IMG/VR virus record: IMGVR_UViG_3300048576_000444
Span: 1 to 42,228 of that record
Source of the DNA: a virus
Taxonomy: Duplodnaviria; Caudoviricetes
DNA length: 42,228 nt
Strand: one strand, 5' to 3'
This document shows positions 28,332-36,530 of the stretch, in pieces. Numbering within the stretch: the first letter of the stretch is position 1; the number at the start of each line of letters is the position of its first letter. The translations under genes were made by a program, and so were the position numbers. The notes beneath the pieces are model-generated. The model did no database searches and was not told the DNA's origin. It worked only from the letters and a program-made list of their open reading frames with translations.

Positions 28332-28523
28332 TCATACGTAATACGTGGCCGATTCGCGGGTCGCGAAAGCGAATTTGCCGCAGTCCTTGCAGATTCGCCG
28401 CCGCACGATCTCGCCGCCCTTGACGCGGCGGGTCGATTCGACGCGAAATCGAACTCCCCCGCAGATCACGCAATACCGCGGCCATCGACACTTTTTGGTA
28501 TCCGCTTCCATGCGTGGTTTCAT
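28332..28523 (-). CDS. Zn-ribbon regulator (NrdR N-terminal/Ogr-like), candidate late activator
   Basis: CVICG...VESTR...IVRRRICKDCG...TRE; last gene before the late region. Confidence 0.7.
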   Translation of the reverse strand: MKPRMEADTKKCRWPRYCVICGGVRFRVESTRRVKGGEIVRRRICKDCGKFAFATRESATYYV

Positions 28524-28735
28524 TTTACTCCAGATCGTCGATAGGAAAATGATCGTACAGAAAAAGCACGTCGCGGACGTCGGCAACATTCGCTCGGCCA
28601 CTCTCAAAGGATGCCGTCATTAATTGATAGAGCGAGCGGAAAACCGCCTCGTTCCTCACCCGCTTGATCAGTTGCCGCAACCGATTTTCATCCCGTTCGT
28701 TGCACATTTTTTGGATAACTCCTTTTCACCTGGCA

Positions 28736-29107
28736 TCACGTCGCCTTGAGCGTTTCGCAAAGATCCTCGATCGAGCGGTCGAGTTCTAAAAAGTGGATTG
28801 GTTTGCCAAGCTCGCGCATGATCTTGATCTCGGCCTGGACGCCGACCGAGCTGGTCCAGCCGTCGAGGCACAAAACGACCATCGCCCGCGAAATCCGCAA
28901 AAACTCTTCCATGTACTTGCCCCAATAATCCCAGACGCTCGGCAGGCCGTGGACGGTGATCGGGTGCCCGTGGCTGATCGGCGAGAAGATGAATAGATCC
29001 TTGGCCATCAGCCTGGCGGCGATCTGGCTGACCGTCGTGAAGCGGATCCAGCGGACACGCGGGTCCTCGTGCGAATAGGGGCAGGCCAAATACACAAGTT
29101 CGCTCAT
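28736..29107 (-). CDS. DUF1937-like (nucleoside deoxyribosyltransferase-like fold) protein
   Basis: VYLACPYSH, FSPISHGH, LDGWTSSVGVQAEI. Confidence 0.8.
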   Translation of the reverse strand: MSELVYLACPYSHEDPRVRWIRFTTVSQIAARLMAKDLFIFSPISHGHPITVHGLPSVWDYWGKYMEEFLRISRAMVVLCLDGWTSSVGVQAEIKIMRELGKPIHFLELDRSIEDLCETLKAT

Positions 29108-29121
29108 GGTTTTTTAGCTCC

Positions 29122-29373
29122 TTACTTCGTTCGTTCCCAAAGCCGCTCCAAATGTCCATTCGGCAGCACCCGGGCCTTTTTACTCTCGATCAAGTGTTTC
29201 TCCGCCAGCTCCCTCCGCTTCCTCGGCACGGAGGACGGACTGTATCCCAAAATCTTCAAATAGTATTTCAAAAAGCGGTCGGACGATGGCCCTTCATGTT
29301 CAAGCACCCGCAGAAACTGCGTGGTAAAATCCCGGCGTTTTTTGCGATCCGCTCTCATTGGGTACTTTTTCAA
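29122..29373 (-). CDS. Small basic wHTH-like protein
   Basis: SPSSVPRKRRELAEKHLI...PNGH...LW. Confidence 0.45.
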   Translation of the reverse strand: MKKYPMRADRKKRRDFTTQFLRVLEHEGPSSDRFLKYYLKILGYSPSSVPRKRRELAEKHLIESKKARVLPNGHLERLWERTK

Positions 29374-29386
29374 GGAAAATATATAG

Positions 29387-29408
29387 CCCGCCGCCCTATG
29401 GCGGCGGG
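29387..29408. terminator. GC-rich hairpin, possible terminator
   Basis: CCCGCCGCC-ctat-GGCGGCGGG just after the 29423 stop. Confidence 0.5.
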
Positions 29409-29422
29409 ATCCAACAAATCCG

Positions 29423-30019
29423 TTACGCCGCCTTCTCTTCTTCCTGGAAGTTCGCCAGGCGGTATTTTTTGTCTTTCTTTTCGAAAACGCCCTTCGCTCG
29501 CATTATGCAAACCGAGATCGACTGTGGCTTGCAATCCAGAATGTGGGCAATATCGACGATCGATAGGTACTGGTTTCCGTTGTCTTGAAAGATTTCCTTG
29601 ATTTCGTTCATCCGTTCATTCTTTCCGCTCGCCGGCGTTTTTCCCACCAGCAGTTTTTTGAACCGCAAAAGCTTGTCGATTTCGGCCTTATGCTTTTCGA
29701 TCATCGCATCTATGTCCGCGGGATCGGTTTCGCTCAACAGCTCCGAAAGCTTTTCGAGCCGGTCCTCGATCTCCACTTCTTTCTCCAAATCTTCGTCTTT
29801 CTTATAATCCACCATCGTTCGATCTCCATAAAAGGGTTCCCAGGATTGCTCCCGGAGGTTGAGAAAATGATCGGCTTTTTCGAAGCCGTAACGATCCATC
29901 GCAAGCTCGACGGCATCCAGGAGTTCTATCGACCCGGGCCATCCAAAAATGATTCGTTCTCCAATCTGATCAAGGGTTAACTCAGCCACGTTTTTTCCTA
30001 TCCCAACAGCGGATGACAT
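29423..30019 (-). CDS. Hypothetical protein, coiled coil + C-terminal HTH-like domain
   Basis: LSIVDIAHILDCKPQSISVCI. Confidence 0.55.
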   Translation of the reverse strand: MSSAVGIGKNVAELTLDQIGERIIFGWPGSIELLDAVELAMDRYGFEKADHFLNLREQSWEPFYGDRTMVDYKKDEDLEKEVEIEDRLEKLSELLSETDPADIDAMIEKHKAEIDKLLRFKKLLVGKTPASGKNERMNEIKEIFQDNGNQYLSIVDIAHILDCKPQSISVCIMRAKGVFEKKDKKYRLANFQEEEKAA

Positions 30020-30528
30020 TTATCCCACTGCGATTCATCTGCACACGAGCTGCACGTGTCGTAATTGACCCAGGAGCAGCCTTCAGGGCAGGCGTTGTTC
30101 TCCGTGCAGCCGCAAACGTGGCAGCGCTGGCCGGCTACGTCCCACAATCGTTCGAAGAGGGAATCGTCGGCGTCGAACAATCCCTGCTTGCCGGCGAGTT
30201 CAACCGGCTCATTGAATCGACAGACATCCTCCAGCATCCAGCAAACCGGCCCTTCGGCATGCGGCGAAAGCTTTTCAAAAAGCTTCCGATCCTTGCGGAC
30301 CTTGGCGATCGGCATGCAATCGACCAGTTTGGCCATTCCGATCAGCATCCCGAATTCCATCTTTCGCGGCGTCATTCCCGGCGGAAACGTTTTGAGCCAG
30401 GCCCGCGACTTGCCGGCGTGGATCCCGATCCAGCCGCGGTAGTTCGTTCCCCACGTCCGATTCTCGCAAAGCTTTTGACCAAGCATGATCAGCTCAGCGT
30501 AAGGCTGGCAGATAGTAAGCGTTTTCAT
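29998..30528 (-). CDS. ASCH domain protein with C-terminal Cys-rich domain
   Basis: TLTICQPYAELI..GQK..ENRTW.TNYRG.I.IHAGK; GKQGLF; CHVCGCT...C...C. Confidence 0.85.
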   Translation of the reverse strand: MKTLTICQPYAELIMLGQKLCENRTWGTNYRGWIGIHAGKSRAWLKTFPPGMTPRKMEFGMLIGMAKLVDCMPIAKVRKDRKLFEKLSPHAEGPVCWMLEDVCRFNEPVELAGKQGLFDADDSLFERLWDVAGQRCHVCGCTENNACPEGCSWVNYDTCSSCADESQWDKCHPLLG

Positions 30529-30737
30529 CGTTTTTTTCCTTTGTGTTCCTTGCGTTCTCTGCGGTTATGAAAATTCCTTAGCGAAAAGCCACGAAAATAT
30601 TTTGGCTTTACCACCTTTGACCAGCATGCCCAGCCATAACCACGAACGATTGACAAACGGTTTTTCAGCATTCGTCCACATCGCTTGCATGACGCCAAAT
30701 CCTTAAACAGCATCATTTGGCCGCGTCCGCTTCGCAT
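30525..30737 (-). CDS. DUF6011-like Zn-finger protein
   Basis: CKRCGRML....SIVRGYGWAC. Confidence 0.7.
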   Translation of the reverse strand: MRSGRGQMMLFKDLASCKRCGRMLKNRLSIVRGYGWACWSKVVKPKYFRGFSLRNFHNRRERKEHKGKKR

Positions 30738-30885
30738 GCTTTTTCCTATTCCTTCGCTTTTTCCGTTTCAAGCAGCTCGGCCCGTACAGCCGAGCGATCG
30801 ATTTTTCGTTGGTCAAAATCTTCCCGCAGCCCAGGCAGCAAACGCGATCGTCAAAAAGCATGCGTTGCCCGGGCGCGTTTCTCAT
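30703..30885 (-). CDS. DUF6011-like Zn-finger protein (tandem paralog)
   Basis: CLGCGKILT...SIARLYGPSC. Confidence 0.7.
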   Translation of the reverse strand: MRNAPGQRMLFDDRVCCLGCGKILTNEKSIARLYGPSCLKRKKRRNRKKHAKRTRPNDAV

Positions 30886-31148
30886 CGCTTCACTCCCGCC
30901 AAGCTTTCCTGCCGTTCCTTTTTCTGGAGTAGGACATAATCGCGGAATTTCTCCGCTTCGAAGGCATGGAGCGGGTTAAAAAACTGCGGCGTTTTGCTGG
31001 CCAGCATTGCAAGCTGCTCGCATCCGTTCAGCAGTTCGATTAGCCAGCGGGCGTTGATCGTCATTCCGCGATTATTCTGAATCGCATATTCCGCACTTTC
31101 GCGGACTTCGGACATCGATCGCTGCCGATAACTTTTTCTTTTTTTCAT
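30882..31148 (-). CDS. Hypothetical protein
   Basis: 88 aa, translationally coupled on both sides. Confidence 0.55.
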   Translation of the reverse strand: MKKRKSYRQRSMSEVRESAEYAIQNNRGMTINARWLIELLNGCEQLAMLASKTPQFFNPLHAFEAEKFRDYVLLQKKERQESLAGVKR

Positions 31149-31903
31149 GACAATCCCAGCACCTTTTTATAAGAATCCTTCCACCGTACTTTCGGCTCGG
31201 TCTTCAAAAACGAATAATTCGAGCGGATATGCTCGGCGGTCTGGCCGCGCTCGATAATATTGATCCGCTCGGGATCGGTGCCGGCGACACAGCGGCGGCG
31301 GATATCGTTCATGCAGCCAAACCAGATCGTATCCGACACCCACGGCTCCAGCCGGCGAAACAGCCCGTTGATATTAAAGGGGTCCAGGAGCGGCTCGCAG
31401 CTCACGCTCGTCGAAAATCCCTGCCTGAAGGCATATTGCAGGCATTCGTACCGCTCGCCAAAGGTCGGCGCTCCCGGCTCCCAATATTCCAAGATCTCCT
31501 CGCGGCAGGAGCCGATCGAAAACCGAAATTTTATTTGCTCCTTAAAATTCCGCCGCATGCAGATCCTTTGGATAACGGTAAAATGCGGCTTGGTCACCAC
31601 GAGGACCTGGTTGCCGGCAACGAGCAGTTTGTCCAGCACGTCAAGGCACGGCGTCATATACCGCGGCGTCAGGTCGTGCGTCGAGGGAAACATCACGATC
31701 CCCTCGTATTTTTTCCGCTTCTCGGCGACGGCCTTTTGATTGACCTGCGGTTGCCGCCACTCCTCGGCCGTGGCGATCTGCTTGAACCGCGATGCATTCG
31801 CCCGGGCGTAGCAATAGCGGCAATCGTGCTCGCATCCCTTCAGGCAGTTGACGTTCGTTTCCGCCCATTCCTTGGTGCCGGTCTTTTTGGTATCTTTCGT
31901 CAT
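31145..31903 (-). CDS. Radical SAM protein (phage Gp37/Gp68 or SPL-like)
   Basis: NCLKGCEHDCRYCYA (CxxxCxxC), VVTK, SCEPLL. Confidence 0.85.
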   Translation of the reverse strand: MTKDTKKTGTKEWAETNVNCLKGCEHDCRYCYARANASRFKQIATAEEWRQPQVNQKAVAEKRKKYEGIVMFPSTHDLTPRYMTPCLDVLDKLLVAGNQVLVVTKPHFTVIQRICMRRNFKEQIKFRFSIGSCREEILEYWEPGAPTFGERYECLQYAFRQGFSTSVSCEPLLDPFNINGLFRRLEPWVSDTIWFGCMNDIRRRCVAGTDPERINIIERGQTAEHIRSNYSFLKTEPKVRWKDSYKKVLGLS

Positions 31904-31922
31904 GAATTCATAAATCCTTTCA

Positions 31923-32025
31923 AACCGCAGAGAACGCAAGAAGCACAAAGATTATTTAACAAAATTTCCACTCTCTTTTTTGGTATTAGTAATCCCCTCT
32001 TTGTGTTCTCTGCGTTCTCTGCGGT
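31923..32025. repeat. Inverted pair of nonamer arrays (REP/MITE-like hairpin)
   Basis: aaccgcagagaacgcaagaagcacaaag ... ctttgtgttctctgcgttctctgcggt around an AT-rich core. Confidence 0.75.
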
Positions 32026-32028
32026 AGT

Positions 32029-32388
32029 TTATTTTTTATCTTCCTCGATCGGACTGAAACAAAAAATACTGCTGGACCGCTCGCCGGTGGCCATCATCCG
32101 ATCGGCCGTCATCACGGCGTACTGGCCGATCATCGCCGGAAACAGCTTCCTGGCCACCATCTTCGCCAGCATGATGCCGATCTGCGGCGATTCCTCCCGC
32201 CGCCAGATCAAATAATGGGCCTCGCAGCGGTAAAAGATCAGCAGCCGATATTGGCTTTTGATATCGTGCTGCAGCGTCGCTTCGAGTTGCTTGAGGCAGA
32301 TCGGACACGACGGATTGAGCGGCTCGATCGGCTCCGGCTCGGGCTCGATCCCGATCAGCTTTTTTAGGAGGGTGGCGATTTTCATCAT
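32029..32388 (-). CDS. Hypothetical Zn-ribbon-containing protein
   Basis: CPIC...CEAH; 119 aa. Confidence 0.5.
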   Translation of the reverse strand: MMKIATLLKKLIGIEPEPEPIEPLNPSCPICLKQLEATLQHDIKSQYRLLIFYRCEAHYLIWRREESPQIGIMLAKMVARKLFPAMIGQYAVMTADRMMATGERSSSIFCFSPIEEDKK

Positions 32389-32580
32389 CGTTCCAGTGCG
32401 GTTAGCCCCAAAAGCCTGGATTGCAGACTTTTGATGGAAGTCTTGTTATTGGGGTTTTTCGCCGCCTTCAACTGGCGAATGCGGCGACGAAGCGAGCAGA
32501 TCATCACTTTTCTAAATTTCATTTGCACTCTCTTTCTTGGTATTCAGCTTGACATGGTTATTTTGTGAAGCGTTGCTTCA

Positions 32581-32781
32581 CTAGGCACATTTACGATCTT
32601 GGGGAGTAGCGGAGGGCCGCTCCGCTGCTCTTTCGACGCCGAGCAGCTCGCCGCGGAGTATGGGGATCTCGGCCGCGGCGTCGATACCGATGCGGACTTT
32701 GTCCCCGCTGACATTCAGCACAGTGACTTTGATTCCTCCGATGAGTATGGATTCGTCGGGTTTTCTGGTGAGCACGAGCAT
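32581..32781 (-). CDS. csrA: Carbon storage regulator CsrA/RsmA
   Basis: MLVLTRKPDESILIGGIKVTVLNVSGDKVRIGIDA...IPILRGEL; AAAGGA RBS. Confidence 0.93.
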   Translation of the reverse strand: MLVLTRKPDESILIGGIKVTVLNVSGDKVRIGIDAAAEIPILRGELLGVERAAERPSATPQDRKCA

Positions 32782-33008
32782 GATGGCGATTCCTTTCGCG
32801 GTTCTGGGGTTTCGTGAGGGTATTTAACTGTGTCCCCTCCATTCTTATGTAATTCAGTATCGAGCAAATCGGCAAGCTGGACGGCAAGTCGCGGAGCATG
32901 AAGAATTCCTTGTATAAATTCATTTTGTGCCCAAGGAGCTACCTGGCTTCCCATCGCACCGGTGAGGATGCCAGCTAAAAAATGGGTTGCCATCTCTTGT
33001 CGTGTCAT
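32715..33008 (-). CDS. Hypothetical protein
   Basis: MTRQEMATHFLAGIL...LAVQLADLL pattern seen in small phage proteins; 3' end overlaps csrA. Confidence 0.5.
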   Translation of the reverse strand: MTRQEMATHFLAGILTGAMGSQVAPWAQNEFIQGILHAPRLAVQLADLLDTELHKNGGDTVKYPHETPEPRKESPSCSCSPENPTNPYSSEESKSLC

Positions 33009-33265
33009 GATTTTTTAGGATCCTTTCGCGGTTCTGGGTTTTCGCAACTGTCAAAAGCTTTATTCCATTGATCGCGGTCGATCCATACAATTAAGCCCAC
33101 TTTTCCCGTTTGCGTTACGACTTCGCTAGGCGTCAGCGCATTCGTTAGGAATGAGATCTCATATACTCCCGACTTGATAAACCTGATGTTTTTTAAGCAT
33201 TCCGCAAGCGGCTGATGCCAAATGCAATCTTCAGGGATTTTCGCCAAAAGGTCTTTAAGCTTCAC
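33005..33265 (-). CDS. Hypothetical protein
   Basis: 86 aa, coupled to neighbours. Confidence 0.5.
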   Translation of the reverse strand: MKLKDLLAKIPEDCIWHQPLAECLKNIRFIKSGVYEISFLTNALTPSEVVTQTGKVGLIVWIDRDQWNKAFDSCENPEPRKDPKKS

Positions 33266-33594
33266 TATTCATCCTCCGCAGGTCGGATCCCTTTAATCGC
33301 TTGCCGTTTCTCCGCCCGTTGCAGCCGATCGATCTCGGCGGCGATCAAAGCGCCGGCGATCACCAATTGACGGAGTCGCGGCTTGCGTTCGCGGTTGTTG
33401 AAGTCGCCGCAGATCGGATTCTCCACGATCTCGCCGTCGCAGTCCAAAACACAAGCTGCTGTGTCATGACAAACATAATTGGCCGCGGCGATCGCCAGAT
33501 CCCCATCGACTAAGGCGTCGTCGCTTTTGGAGCTATACCCTTCCTGGACTATCTGGCGGCTCCGTTCTTTCGAAATCAGTTCAGTCCCTGTCAT
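33265..33594 (-). CDS. Conserved phage hypothetical protein
   Basis: ERSRQI..EGY....DD....GDLA.AAA.Y...RQLVIAGALIAAEIDRL, a widespread phage motif. Confidence 0.7.
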   Translation of the reverse strand: MTGTELISKERSRQIVQEGYSSKSDDALVDGDLAIAAANYVCHDTAACVLDCDGEIVENPICGDFNNRERKPRLRQLVIAGALIAAEIDRLQRAEKRQAIKGIRPAEDE

Positions 33595-33677
33595 CGTTTG
33601 TTTCCTTCTCGGTTTTAAATGCCTCAATCATGCACAGATAGAAAAAGTAACTGTTCACGCCGATTCTCCTTCATGTT

Positions 33678-33932
33678 TTACAAACTCTCTAACGCTCGTT
33701 CGCATGCAAACCGCAATACTCGCCACTCATCTTCGTGAAGCATTTTCGTAATTTGCGTTGAAGGCTTGTTTTCTTCGATGCGTCTCGCGATGTTGACGAT
33801 CCACTCAGGTTTTTTCCCGTCGAGAATATCGGTCAACTTGGCGTACATCATCTCAACAGCAACCTGAACCATGCGAGCATTCTCGCCTGTGCTAAATTCA
33901 GGATCATAATCATCACTGACAGGACCGGGCAT
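33678..33932 (-). CDS. Hypothetical protein
   Basis: 84 aa, AAGGA RBS. Confidence 0.55.
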   Translation of the reverse strand: MPGPVSDDYDPEFSTGENARMVQVAVEMMYAKLTDILDGKKPEWIVNIARRIEENKPSTQITKMLHEDEWRVLRFACERALESL

Positions 33933-33934
33933 TT

Positions 33935-34267
33935 TTAAATTCCTTTGATAGGGACAACATACTTACCAAGCCTTTCTCCACCAAGGAGCGCAGCGCAACA
34001 CTCCGCCAGGCGATCGAGCCCATCAGCTTTTCCGTCCTCGGAGAATGTTTCTTCAATCGCATCAGTCAAGCGAACCAGTTCAGCGTATGCCATCTCGCCC
34101 GTTTCGCCTTCCAAACTGGAAAACACAGACATCATCCCCACTCTCGCAAACGTGCAGAGAGCAACGAGCTCCATCTCTGAAACTTTGCGTTTACGTCCGA
34201 TTCTGCCAGCGATGGCACGTTTCCCATCCATTCGGGCTGTCATCGCGATATGTTTCTGTTTGTCCAT
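33935..34267 (-). CDS. Hypothetical protein
   Basis: Fills the gap between co-oriented genes; start uncertain. Confidence 0.5.
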   Translation of the reverse strand: MDKQKHIAMTARMDGKRAIAGRIGRKRKVSEMELVALCTFARVGMMSVFSSLEGETGEMAYAELVRLTDAIEETFSEDGKADGLDRLAECCAALLGGERLGKYVVPIKGI

Positions 34268-34295
34268 CGTGCTTTTTGGCTGACAGGCGAGGACT

Positions 34296-34943
34296 TCAAT
34301 TCCCCTGGTTTTGTTGCACTCGCTCAAATTCGATCACCCATACGGAAGGATCTGATTCCCAACCATAGCCACGTTTGACGTTGATCTTGTCCCACAGTCC
34401 CTTGAAAGCCGTCCTATGCGTAAACGCAGCCGGAGCGGATGGAATGAAGTCAACGCCCTCGGCCGCGGCATCTTCCTCGCTGATCTGTTGCAGTCTTTCC
34501 ACGCGAACATCCTTGATTCGTAGCAACAATCGCGACGCCCAACGCGGCATGTGAATGGAAGGCCGAATCTTTTGCAGTCCGCAAGCTTGGAACATCTCTC
34601 TACTGCATGGATGCGGTGCTTTGGATACGATGCCTTCTCCCTTAATGAGAACATCACCGTTCTCGAAAAACGCACGCCCACCAAAAGCGTCGTCATACCA
34701 TGCAGTTTCTCGCACCCAAAGCAAATCGCCAACTTTGCCGTAAGGGCAAGAGTCGCGATTCCAGACACCGTATTCATCCGCATACAGAGGCCATCCATCA
34801 TCGTCAAAAGTTGAATAGGTTTGGCTCGGATCACGGAGCTTTACAATCCGCCGCGTCATCGTCTTGCGATCTTCCAAGATCGCGCGGACCATTTCGGCGG
34901 AAAACAAGATCGGATGTTCGCGTTGGGTTGTGACGGTGCTCAT
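34296..34943 (-). CDS. Phage ASCH/PUA-like protein
   Basis: PILFSAEMVRAIL..RKT.TRR, CPYG..GD.LWVRET, PSIHMPRWASR, VRVERLQ.ISE.DA.AEG, VWVIEF. Confidence 0.8.
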   Translation of the reverse strand: MSTVTTQREHPILFSAEMVRAILEDRKTMTRRIVKLRDPSQTYSTFDDDGWPLYADEYGVWNRDSCPYGKVGDLLWVRETAWYDDAFGGRAFFENGDVLIKGEGIVSKAPHPCSREMFQACGLQKIRPSIHMPRWASRLLLRIKDVRVERLQQISEEDAAAEGVDFIPSAPAAFTHRTAFKGLWDKINVKRGYGWESDPSVWVIEFERVQQNQGN

Positions 34944-36530
34944 TTATTTGCCTTCGATGTCCTTGGCCATTTTTCGTAGGAATGCGGCGATCTCCTTGCG
35001 TTGATACGCCGTCGTCCATTCGCCCTTCAGTTTGCGGAGCGTGACTTCAACGGCTGCCAGATCGTCCTGAAGGGAATCAGCCTCAAGATCATCCTCGAGC
35101 GGCTGAACGGCCGTTTTCTTCGACTTGCCGACAGGGGATGATTTCGGTTCCGACCGCTTGGCCGGTTCGCCGATCTTTTCGGCAACCACCTCTTGGATCC
35201 GCTTGGCCGTGATGGCCAGCTGGCATTCCTCGCCGGAGGCCTCGGCATTGACGACTTCCCAAACTTCACGCTGCGTTTCCGGATCCTTGATCTTCGCCAG
35301 TTCGCGGGCCTGGCTCTCCAGCAGCTTCGTGTCACCAGTTGGAGACACATTCCGCACCACTTTGCAGCCGTCGATCAGCCTATAGGCATGCTGCCGGCTG
35401 ATGCCGTGCCGCTCTGCGCAGTAAGCCTCAAACGTGGAATGCGTCTCACGGTACAGCCGATCGGTCTGGATCGTCGCCAAGGCCGATCCAAGATCGATCC
35501 AGATCGCGCGGCTCATCTCGATCATTTTTTCGCACTTTTCCAGCCGCTTTTTTTCCATCGCAGAAAGCTTTGCCGGCGGATCGTTGACGATCGAAAGCGA
35601 CCCGGATTGAATTCCACGAGCAAACATGCCAGAACTGGTGGGAACAAGATTGGTACCAGGATTTTTCTTTTTCTCGGGCTCGTTCACAAAGCATGTGGTT
35701 GCGAATCGCCGAACTGTTTCGATCGCTTTTCGGAGGCTCGACCGCTTGGCGTCGCCAATATGATCGCTAAGCTGTTCTTCAAGATACGCCGCAGCATCAT
35801 TAGCCGAATTGCCGATCGCTTCGTCCCGCGTGGCATAACCATCTTCGCGATCCGTAACGGGGGAGCTGCGTCCAAATTCGGGGCCACGCGCACTAAACGC
35901 GGCCGCCCAAGGCTCGACACCACCGCGATGGGCAACGCGAACGGACACTTTAATTTTTGTGCTGGGAGTCGTGTAAATCGGTATTTCCTGACAGTCATAG
36001 ACTCCGTGAGGATTTTTTCCGTCGTCCACCCGCTGGATTCCTTTTCCCGTTCGTTTCCGCGGCTTCTCTGATTTCGGTTTGTTGGTCATGGTTACACTCA
36101 TTGTGGGGATGCTCCTTCGTTTTCGCACTGAAGCGGATGCTTGATCCGCTGCCTTTTGCTGTTTTAAAAATCGTTCGAACGCAAGCTTTCCGCCAAATGC
36201 CTTGGCTCCGTCGATCGCTCGCTGTAGCCTTTTGAGCGGCACAGTCGATCGAGGGTTGTTCATTTCGCGGGTGAACCGCGGGTATTTTTTCTTGGGGTAG
36301 GTCAGCCACTTGGATACTTCCCAATCCTCGCTAAACACGTCGGTCGAGTGCGTGGCGATGCACGGATCACCCTGCTCCCACGTCACCCTCGCAACGCCGA
36401 TTTCCAACGCGGGAAACGGTTTCACGATCGGGATCCGCGTCCACTCCGTAGCCTCCTGGCCAAACAACAGGTATTCCGGTTGATTGATCAGCTCTCTCGT
36501 AATCACGATGTCGTGGATCTGCGCGTACAT
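34944..36530 (-). CDS. Multidomain phage protein with C-terminal helical/HTH DNA-binding domain
   Basis: LGSAL..I...RLYR..HSTFEAYC.ER.GISRQHAYRLID...ESQARELA. Confidence 0.65.
   Translation of the reverse strand: MYAQIHDIVITRELINQPEYLLFGQEATEWTRIPIVKPFPALEIGVARVTWEQGDPCIATHSTDVFSEDWEVSKWLTYPKKKYPRFTREMNNPRSTVPLKRLQRAIDGAKAFGGKLAFERFLKQQKAADQASASVRKRRSIPTMSVTMTNKPKSEKPRKRTGKGIQRVDDGKNPHGVYDCQEIPIYTTPSTKIKVSVRVAHRGGVEPWAAAFSARGPEFGRSSPVTDREDGYATRDEAIGNSANDAAAYLEEQLSDHIGDAKRSSLRKAIETVRRFATTCFVNEPEKKKNPGTNLVPTSSGMFARGIQSGSLSIVNDPPAKLSAMEKKRLEKCEKMIEMSRAIWIDLGSALATIQTDRLYRETHSTFEAYCAERHGISRQHAYRLIDGCKVVRNVSPTGDTKLLESQARELAKIKDPETQREVWEVVNAEASGEECQLAITAKRIQEVVAEKIGEPAKRSEPKSSPVGKSKKTAVQPLEDDLEADSLQDDLAAVEVTLRKLKGEWTTAYQRKEIAAFLRKMAKDIEGK

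Noticed and set aside
28525-28737. Short ORFs between the DUF1937-like and Zn-ribbon genes
   Set aside because: Competing short frames without motifs; cannot pick a real one
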